A DNA stretch of 24,969 nt. It comes from Octopus sinensis. Its lineage: Eukaryota. The translations under genes and the position numbers were made by a program. The stretch covers positions 1 to 24,969 of the forward strand of contig NW_021836196.1 in assembly GCF_006345805.1 (NCBI RefSeq), read 5' to 3'. Shown piece after piece: positions 1-8,487 of this stretch. The notes under the pieces are model-generated. The model saw only the letters and a list, made by a program, of their open reading frames with translations, had not been told where the DNA came from and did no database searches. How positions within the stretch are numbered: the first letter of the stretch is position 1; each line of letters opens with the position of its first letter.

Positions 1-349
1 TTACTAATTTGTTAACTGGTAAATGTAAAAGAAACCAGCATCGTCCAAGGGAATTGCTAGTTTCTAACATTATTTACACAAATGAATTTTCTATTAGAAT
101 GAATTTGATGAAAGCAAAGACATATATACAAGATTGAACCATTTCTTTAGACTGCCAAAAAATGGGTACTTTGTAAGTAATGATTGGAATGATTGATCAT
201 CAGTTCATTAGTTTAAAAATATCAATGCATTTAAGCAAATGAAATAATGTATTTAAGCTCAGTAATTAAAGACAATATTAATTTCTATTTCAGACTGAAT
301 ATTTGAAGCCATCTCCAACCTGGATACTGTATTAAAATCAAGCCCAGAG

Positions 350-2705
350 ATGTTGTTACACCTGTGTCTTTTATTGACTTTCTTCCACTGTTGTCTAAGT
401 GAAGATATCACATACCATGTTAAAGAAGAGAATGGTCCCTATACCTATATAGGGGACATTGCTACTGACCTACAGAAATCAGACAGCTCCTTCTTAAAGA
501 ATAAGGATTTAATTACATTTAGTCAACTGCAACAAAAGGGAGAACAGTTGTTCAATGTGACGAGAACAGGTAAACTGTACACTGTTGAGACATTGGATGC
601 TGAGTCTGTGTGTAGTTATGAGAAAGAATGTTTTGAAATCGTTAAAGTTGCTGTTCACAAATCCAAGACATTTATGAAGATCTTAAAGATTAAAGTCATA
701 ATAGAAGACATCAATGACCACCAACCTGAGTTTCCTGAGAAGGACATTACTATACATTTCCGAGATGGAGATGGTAAAGGCATGAAAAGGCCCATACCTC
801 ATGCTATCGACAAAGATATGAGTCCAGAAAACAGCTTAATTACTTATGAATTGAAAAAGGATAATGGACGTTTTTCTTTATCAGTTTCTAAACAAACAGA
901 TGAAATATCAACATTACGAATTATTTTAGAAGAGAAATTGGACAGAGAAAAAGAAGACAATTACAATATTGAAGTCATTGCTAAAGATGGAGGAACTCCC
1001 CAAAAAAGTCCATTTTAAATGTGAAAATATCTGTAGAAGATGAAAATGATAATGCACCACAATTTTCTCAAAGTATCTACAATGTCTCTATTGAACATAA
1101 ACATAAAAAGAATATTCCTGTAGTCACATTATCTGCCAGTGATTTAGATATTGGCAGGAATGGTAAAATATCTTTCTATTTTGCTAGGAAAACTACTGAG
1201 AAAGTGAAGAGAAACTTTAATTTAGATGAAAATACTGGAAAATTATATTTAGCTACATCTTCAAAAATTGATAAAGAAGAGTCTTTTAAATTATACATCG
1301 AAGCCAGAGATGATGGCAGTCCTCCTCTGAGTTCCATAGCAACAGTTATGGTAAATGTCATCAACCAGCAGAACAATCCTCCAAATATTGATGTGAACTT
1401 TATTTCTACACGGAATCACAACACAGCTACCATTCTGGAAGACATCAAAGTTGGTAGCTTCATTGCTTATGTGATGGTCACTGACAATGATGTTGGACAC
1501 ACAATGGACAGGTGAACTGTCATATCAAAGACGACACATTCAAACTACAGTCAATGGGATCGAAGGAATATAAAATAGTTCTAAAGAAAGCAGTAGACAG
1601 AGAGACAGGAACATTATCACTTTACTGTGTCGTGTGAAGATAAGGATTACCTGCTCTGAAAACTGATAAAGATCTGTCAATCCAAGTGTTGGATGTGAAT
1701 GATGTAGAACCACACTTTACGAAAGACACATTCAAGTTCCTTACCTATGAGAATGACAAAGCTAATTTCCCTATTGGCTTTATCAATGCTACAGACCCAG
1801 ATATTGGTAAGGGAGGTGAATTGTCTTATTCTCTGAGAAATAAACAGCAATATCGTCTGCCATTCCAGATTATCAACTCTGGCTTTATTTCAACAAACCA
1901 GTCTTTAGACAGAGAACACAGAGATTTCTATGAGTTTGAGGTTTTTGTGAAAGACAATGGAAGCCCATCTCTGAATAACACAGTGAATGTTGAAGTGGAA
2001 GTATTGGATAGAAATGATAATGCTCCATATTTTACATTTCCTAGTGTTGACCCTTTCACTCTTAATGTCCACTATCATCCGCAAAGTAAGAACGACATCA
2101 CAGTTCTGAAAGCATCTGATATAGACAGTCACATGAATGCTTTTCTCAGGTATGAAATCGTTTCAGGTAACGAGAGACAGTTATTTAAACTGGATTCGTT
2201 CACTGGTGTGTTATCTTACTCTCGCACAGTTTACCAAAATGATGCCGGATCATATGAGCTTGAGTTTGTTGTGAAAGACAGTGGTACTCCAGTTCTGTCA
2301 GCAACAACTAGTGTGTCTTTGACACTGACTGTTAGTAACAAGACGTCACCAATGTTCACAGCTGTGCACCTACCAAGTGATAACACAATAGATGCGACAT
2401 TGTTGATTATCATTGTAGTAGCAGCTGTGATAGTATCTATAGCTATTGTGGTTTCTATAACCCTGTGTATTGTGAGATGTAACAATGTGAGAAATAGCTC
2501 ATCTGAAAGAACAGCAGAAGAGAAACAGGCATACCAATGTCGCAATGAGATGAGACAGTTGATCTATCAAGGTAACAACAGTGTACCTGTGATGTCAGGT
2601 AATCGAGGAGAGATGACAGACAGATATGGTCATTCGAGGAGCCATTACTATCCTGAAGACTGGAAGACATCGACAATGAGTCGGACACTTCAGAAGTCTA
2701 CAAAG
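350..2705 (+). CDS. Pcdh: Protocadherin gene 1, large exon (signal peptide, EC1-EC6, TM, proximal tail), interrupted by 4 small indels as sequenced
   Basis: ORFs 350-1018, 1021-1515 and 1686-2765 are consecutive pieces collinear with intact gene 2. Cadherin motifs (IEDINDHQPEF, LDRE, DENDNAPQF, DVNDVEPHF, DRNDNAPYF), EC1 C-X5-C (CSYEKEC), hydrophobic TM (LLIIIVVAAVIVSIAIVVSITLCIV). Acceptor TTTCAG ends 293; phase-0 donor AAG|GTAAGC at 2706. Indels versus gene 2: -1 at C-run 998-1001, +2 at AC 1497-1502, -2 at 1605-1607, -1 at AA 1642-1643. Restored length is 2358 nt, equal to gene 2. Confidence 0.92.
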
Positions 2706-3399
2706 GTAAGCTTTACTTGGATTGACTATTTGGTAGCAGTGAATGTTTGTTCAATAATTATATGACTTAAAAGCATTGACAATGAGCAGAAGTTTACCAA
2801 AAAGTATGAATGTATGATTTTCTTGTATTTTGTATCAGTATTCTCATTGTTATAGAATTTATTTTTAATCACTTGGACATTTTTTATGTGTTCTTTCAGA
2901 TAACCCCATTTGAGATAATTAAAACATAAACACCATGATGATATTTATATATTTTAAAATTTCAAATTAGTCATCAAAATTGTACTTTAGATAATTATAT
3001 GCAAATGCACTGTTCTTTCTTTCCAACTTAATATTATTAATTTTATCAAGTAACATAAACTTTACATAGTATTTATAACCTTTAAATAGCAGGTTTTGGA
3101 ATATTGACTTAACCACCAGATACATGTAGTTAAAACCCAATAACTTTGTGCTGTTTAGATAAAAACCATTTGTTCATATTTTACTGCCATAATATGATGA
3201 GTGTATATTGCTTACATACACCTGGTTACATGGAGAGATAACCAATACTGATTGTGAATCATGCTTGAATATTTAAGCATTTATTATCTCGTCTTCCACA
3301 TATGTAAATGAATAGACTGCAAGCATCGTAAAACATTTTGTGTAAAATGAATGACATGGATAACTACAGATATACTAGTAATACTACACATGCCAACAC

Positions 3400-3469
3400 A
3401 ATGTCTGGGATTGAACTTAGAATCTGAGGGTTAGTAGCCTGCACTCTTATCCACTATGCTATATGCCTG
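3400..3469 (-). mobile_element. Degenerate tRNA-derived SINE head
   Basis: Minus strand reads ggcatatagcatagtggataagagtgcaggctactaaccctcagattctaagttcaatcccag, with an A-box-like tagcatagtgg and a B-box-like aagttcaatccc. Confidence 0.5.
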
Positions 3470-3622
3470 TATGTAATTATAGAGTGAAGTTTTGGGCTTA
3501 TAAACCTAATGTTTTATCTTTTCTTAATACAAAACTAGGTTAAATTATTCAATATCAGATATGGCACTGTTAATCCTAAATGATATATTTATAGTATGTG
3601 TTGTTACTATTGTATTTTACAG

Positions 3623-3776
3623 CAGAAATACAGTCAACCGATTGAGGTGACATCTTATGGAGACAACAGACCATCCTCTAACTATCCCACTGACACACTG
3701 ACCAGTCGTAAGAGTAGTGGACAGTGCTGGAGTGAGCGGTCAAGTAGACAGTATGAAGAAATACCAGCAATGTCAG
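3623..3776 (+). CDS. Pcdh: Pcdh gene 1 exon B (cytoplasmic, QKYSQPIEV...RQYEEIPAMS)
   Basis: NAGNAG acceptor (TTTTACAG CAG), phase 0 in and phase 1 out (TCA G|GTAG at 3777). Near-identical copies lie at 14729 and 24726, in the same position relative to each large exon. Confidence 0.9.
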
Positions 3777-3918
3777 GTAGGATAACTATCTTCTTCAATA
3801 TTTTATAATTGATTAATTAATTATCATTGGTCATCAATTTACTTGCTTAAATTCAGAAGTATTCATTGATAGGTCATCATTCCACTCTTGGCTGTGGTCA
3901 AATAGATATCCATATTTT

Positions 3919-4221
3919 GTTTGTTCCTTCTCAAGCCATGCCTGGCTCATAAGGGCCGGATCTCCCGGTTTCCTTGGCGTATAGGTTCCCCACCTGGACA
4001 GGATGCTGGTCCGTTGCAGGTGAGCTGTAAGATGCAGGGGAAAAGAGTAAGAGAAAGTTGTGGTGAAAGAGTCAGCAGAAGTTCACCATTACCTTCTGCC
4101 GGAGCCGCATGGAGCTTAGGTGTTTCGCTCATAAACACACACATTGCCTGGTCTGAGATTCAAACCTGCGATTCCTCGACCGTGAGTCCGCTGCTCTAAC
4201 CACTAGGCCATGTGCTTCCAC
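3919..4221 (-). mobile_element. Full-length tRNA-derived SINE with 12-bp target-site duplication
   Basis: A box TGGCCTAGTGG (4200-4210) and B box GGTTTGAATCTC (4155-4166) on the minus strand. Flanked by the direct repeat TATCCATATTTT at 3907-3918 and 4222-4233. Confidence 0.85.
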
Positions 4222-4619
4222 TATCCATATTTTAGGTAGGATAAGTTCTTGTTGTCTTTCATATACATACAATTACTTGAGTTCAAAGTTGCTTGCAGAC
4301 TAAACACCAAGCATTCATTTATCATACATTTCTTTATAGAAACTTGGAAACAGCTTTCTTATGCAAATGCAGTCAGTCAAAGACTCCATGTACTGGATGC
4401 CAGAAGGTTTTAGGGGTCATCAGAAGAGAGTGTGAACTGTTTTGATGCCTTCCACTTGACAGCTTTACAGTGCACTGCCTCTTCTGCCTCCAGCTTTCCT
4501 GATGTGAGGCTTCACCTCCTGGTTTGACTGACTTGTATTCAACCTTGGGTCCATTTCAGGGTCATCACTTCTCCAGCCAAGCTTCATCATTCCTTCAGCT
4601 ATACTCAATCTCTGGCTCT

Positions 4620-4900
4620 CTCTCCACTAGATCTCTTTCAAGATGACATTTGCTTGCATAGTTTTGACACCAATTGATAGCATCCACTGTCTCAGTTTGG
4701 TTCCAATAAAACTTCTACATCCAACTTCTATAAAGAGGTCTTATTACTCTCCAACCAGCAGCTATACAGTCTTCGTGCAGCATCTCATGTCACTCATCTT
4801 TCCTAACCTGAGTTGCATCTGCATTGTTTTCATGTGGAACAGTCAATTCAACAAGATGTATTATTTTGTTTCCTCACCTTGTATTGTCAATCTGGCTCCT
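4620..4900 (-). mobile_element. Degenerate non-LTR retrotransposon fragment, restriction-like endonuclease (RLE; HERO/R2-superfamily-like)
   Basis: Minus-strand translation across stops and frameshifts gives KEPD~KIIHLVELTVPHENNADATQVRKDE*HEMLHEDCIAAGW~IEVGCRSFIG, matching my recollection of the PD..ELTVPxE..K..GW..EVGxRG RLE pattern. Confidence 0.62.
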
Positions 4901-5488
4901 TCTTTGTTGGTATTGGAAAGAGGCATTCACACCCTACAAGACCTACAATTAAATGGATGGCTTGAGCAAGGCTTAATTAATTGTCTTTAGTCACGTCAGA
5001 ATTCCGTAATGTTGACACATGAATTTTTTATCAGTTTGGTCAGCTTGCTATTAACTCAGTCAGTTCTGCTATTGTTTGTGACATAGTAGAGTTTATTGAC
5101 CCTTCATCAGCTTAGTATCCCTCTATTAATTCAGTTAGGTGTAACAACAGTGGTAAACCAGTAGAGTCTGTTGATAGATGACCAATTAGATCTTCCACCT
5201 AGTAACTCAACTGTGATACTGTTTGGGATAAGCCAGTAAAGCCTTCGGATCTTTCAGCAGCTAAGTCATCTGGTTATTCACCCAGTCAGCTGTAACACTG
5301 TGACAGAATTCAACAATGGTACCCCAGTAATCACTGATATCTTTCCATCTGCTAAGACAGCCCCTGGACAGCTCAGCTAGCAGTGTATATTATTAGTTAG
5401 ATTTATGAATTACAAACTACTGAGGTAAATATTATTAACACTATCCACTTCTCTTGTACCGTAAGTGAAAATTATCCTTATTATTAAT

Positions 5489-5643
5489 CATCATCATCAT
5501 TTAGCGTCCGTTTTCCATGCTAGCATGGGTTGGACGGTTCAACTGGGGTCTGTGAAGCCAGAAGGCTGCATCAGGCCCAGTCTGATCTGGCAGTGTTTCT
5601 ACGGCCGGATGCCCTTCCTAACGCCAACCACTCCGCGAGTGTA
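5489..5643 (-). mobile_element. 5'-truncated retroposon 3' end (RTE-like tail) with (ATG)n terminus
   Basis: Minus strand ends gtccaacccatgctagcatggaaaacggacgctaaatgatgatgatg. The same terminus recurs at 18151-18217 and 23641-23670. A possible TATTAAT TSD lies at 5482-5488 and 5646-5652. Family assignment is from memory, not a search. Confidence 0.7.
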
Positions 5644-5765
5644 TGTATTAATATTGTTAGAATTATCATTCCATGATTTTTTATTGTCATTTTGTGCTAT
5701 CATTGCATAATTGAACACAGCATCATGTGTTTTGACTACATGCAATGTTTTACAAGTTGTATAAT

Positions 5766-5990
5766 TAGGTGGTGAATTGGCAGAGCCATTACAGTGTCAA
5801 ACCAAATGGTTTGTGGTATCAGTTGACTCTCTGCCCTCTGATGTCAAAGCCTGCCAAGGTCACCTTTGTTTTCCATCATTTTAAGGTCATTAAAAAGTAC
5901 TGATTCAAGGCAATGGGTTGGCCGAACTGTAAGAATGTTGGACCATAAGTCCTCTGCTATTTGATCAGGCTCTTTGCTTTCTGAGTTCAG
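5766..5990 (+). mobile_element. Degenerate SINE-like copies
   Basis: Similar to the element at 17454-17668 (ggtgaattggcagag...ggtcacctttg vs ggcagtgagttggcagaa...ggtcacctttgcc), followed by a second head-like segment. Confidence 0.45.
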
Positions 5991-7420
5991 TTTGTGCTAT
6001 AGTCTGCTTGTGTGATAGACGTAACTCTCTCACCCTATTTAGCTCTACCACTTGGCATCTTAGGTGCCTTTAGCAAAGCCTACTTTGTTGCAAGCATTTA
6101 GGTCAGGAGCCAGCTGTGAGACTATCTTCCTCCCTCCTCCCAGCAATAGCAGAGGCCCACTAACACGTCATCGACACTGCCTTTCCTCCTAACTATAATA
6201 TTAAAAAAGAAAAACACAATATAATTCCAAGCATGTGCAGTGTTTGGTAGTGCTGTTGTCTGTATGTTTGTGCTTGTCTAATTACTGAGATATTGATTAT
6301 GAATTTGTCCACAACTTTTTAACCCTTTCCAAACTACCTGTTATTATGGGGATTGTTTCTGTTTTCAATCTCCACATTCTGATTATCTGTATTTCCAAAT
6401 CTTTATGTTTAGATAGTGAACACATTTCTTTTAAATATACACATCACTGTCTGTTTTAATATCTCCACTAATCTTGTACTGAAATATTTATGTCAACATG
6501 TCTAACTGAAATTGAAAGTATATTCTTGAAACTGTCAAATTATATGAAGTATTTCTTCTTGGTCCCTACCAGCAGTACCTGACTAATTTTCCCCTAATCT
6601 TCTTGTTTATGTGAATTGATATGTTATCAGAGTATGGTTACTTTATTGACTATACTGAAAGTAGGTCTATGGTCTATCATACCAAAGCAATGACAAGAAA
6701 ACCCTAACAAGGCCAATAGTTTTGTTTTAAAACTATTCCTAATTGAGATTAGGTCAGTTAGCCCAACAATACAGAGGCATATATTGTTATAATTTAGCCC
6801 TAGGTCACATTTGACTCACTAGATATATGACCAATGATATTCAAGTCAAGTCAGGATCATGCTTTCTCTTTTCAACACATAGTGTATCTAGGACTGTGTT
6901 AGTTTATTATCTTTCCTTTTTAAGGACAACAAGGGTTTGAATTGAGGGAAATTTGACTGTTATTTCTAGCAGGTTAATTACTCACGTATACTGCAATCCA
7001 TAAAGACCACCTTGCTGGCTCATCAAAAACCTGTTACAGATGACAATGTAAATGAGTTAATGAAAAGTAAATTAATTTTATAATATAAAAGGAGTTTTAG
7101 AAGTTTTTTTATGATGAAATATTTATTTCTTATTCATAAACTTAGCCTTCAAGAACAGTTATACATTCGTCTAATTTGATCAGCTTGTGAACCAGAGAAG
7201 TCACTAAATGAACTGTATTTTATTTAACAATTCCAATCTAATTAAGATATCATTTCAATGTAAATTATTTTAATTATTATTGTTGTTTTAATTTTATATT
7301 TTAGTTTAACTAACTGACTATAATCTTATTCACTGAATGTGGGCAAAAGATTGATTTCCAATTAATAACCTTTCTTTATGTAGAATATCTAAGATTATTT
7401 TATATATGTGTGTGTTTCAG

Positions 7421-7542
7421 GAATCTATGGTGGTGCCCCACCCGATGTATCAAGCACCAGTGAGAGAGACCATTACCAAGACAGATATGTGAAACCTCCA
7501 GAGAGACAGTTACCTTCAACACCAGATGTTGTTGTCAGTTAA
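7421..7542 (+). CDS. Pcdh: Pcdh gene 1 terminal coding exon C ((G)IYGGAPPDVSSTSERDHYQDRYVKPPERQLPSTPDVVVS*)
   Basis: TGTGTTTCAG acceptor ends 7420. Phase 1 matches exon B; TAA at 7540-7542. Homologous to gene 2 exon C (IYG...QDRYVKPPERQLP[S/A]TPDV). Confidence 0.85.
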
Positions 7543-8056
7543 GTGAGGTTGAGAGAGGAACACAACAGAAATAATATCTCACCTTCAACATTCACACAGT
7601 ATTTAAAAACAACAGAAATATATTAGTTACATAATAATATTATCTGCATTGAATTAGTTATATTCTTGTGTGTGTGTATATGTATATGGGATATTTCCTT
7701 AGAAGACTAATTTAGCAGCTTTGGATATGAACAATTTCAATCAAATTCTAACACTTTAATTGCATAGGCAAAAGAAATATTTTAAGAATTTAAAAATAAA
7801 AACTCAGACGAGGAAAATAAAATCTAAAATTTAAACAGTTTGTTAAATTATGATAAATAATTTTCATATAGATATACTTTCTCTGTTTACATATCTTGTT
7901 TAAATTTTCCAAATCTATCCTGAATAAGAGAGTTAGGTCAGACACACACACTAACTGTTATTGTCAATATTGTATTTACATTTTAAATTACACACACATT
8001 AACAACATCAGCCATATTTTGTTAATATAACCTCTCTGTTCTAAGGATTTCTATAT

Positions 8057-8202
8057 CAGTCTCTCTCCACATCAGACATGTTGGTGTTATATAGACTTAT
8101 CATGGCTGACTGTTAGTGGAGCTGATAGTGTATCTTTTTCTTGCCTTTGAGAGGGAAACTGCATCTAGTTGGAATGAGGCTGGAGTAAGCATCACCCATC
8201 TC
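8057..8202 (+). promoter_or_regulatory. Conserved non-coding block, copy 1 (putative promoter/5' leader of gene 2)
   Basis: Alignable by eye to 15943-16088 (same 146 bp span; shared catggctgactgttagtgg and taagcatcacccatctc) within otherwise unalignable spacer. Function is inferred. Confidence 0.5.
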
Positions 8203-8317
8203 CCCCTCTCTCTCTCCCTCTCTCACACACACATATACACTAAACATCACCCATCCTACTCCCTCTCCTTTTCTAAGTGTATATTACACACACGCTTTAT
8301 ACACCACACATTCACAG

Positions 8318-8487
8318 AGGAAGACTTGAGAGGGAACTGCTGGTTCCCACTGACTCACCACCAACACTATTCCATCAACATGAAGCCATTGTCACACCAT
8401 AGCAGCAGTGACACAGACAACCATTAACAACAGAACATTGGGACCAAGTCACAGTTTATACAACAAAGGATTTTACACACAATGAAG
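8318..8487 (+). other. Conserved exon-like element, copy 1 (probable 5' leader exon of gene 2; possibly an alternative last exon of gene 1)
   Basis: 158/159 nt identical to 16143-16301. Preceded by CAG and followed by the donor AAG|GTAAGT at 8488. The next downstream Pcdh acceptor ends at 10858. Confidence 0.7.

Noticed and set aside
1905-2688. Antisense ORFs recurring in all three genes (75, 104 and 77 aa)
   Set aside because: Shadows of the homogenized sense sequence; their recurrence is not independent evidence of coding.
2706-2765. ORF tails past the large-exon donors (also 13273-13335 and 21544-21615)
   Set aside because: Unrelated among paralogs and beginning at conserved GT donors, so they are intronic read-through. 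Short intron-retained isoforms cannot be excluded.
3921-4199. 92-aa and 65-aa ORFs
   Set aside because: They lie entirely within the SINE bounded by the TSD.
7795-7822. AATAAA hexamers as gene 1 poly(A) signals
   Set aside because: Plausible, but expected by chance in such AT-rich DNA and unsupported without 3'-end data.
8105-8125. Possible CTCF/CSE-like site (tgttagtgg[a/g]gctg) in the conserved block
   Set aside because: Poor match to the CTCF core consensus and no CGCT box; a PWM scan and ChIP would be needed.
8185-8190. GTAAGC donor-like site in conserved block copy 1
   Set aside because: Copy 2 has ATAAGC at the aligned position, so it is not conserved.
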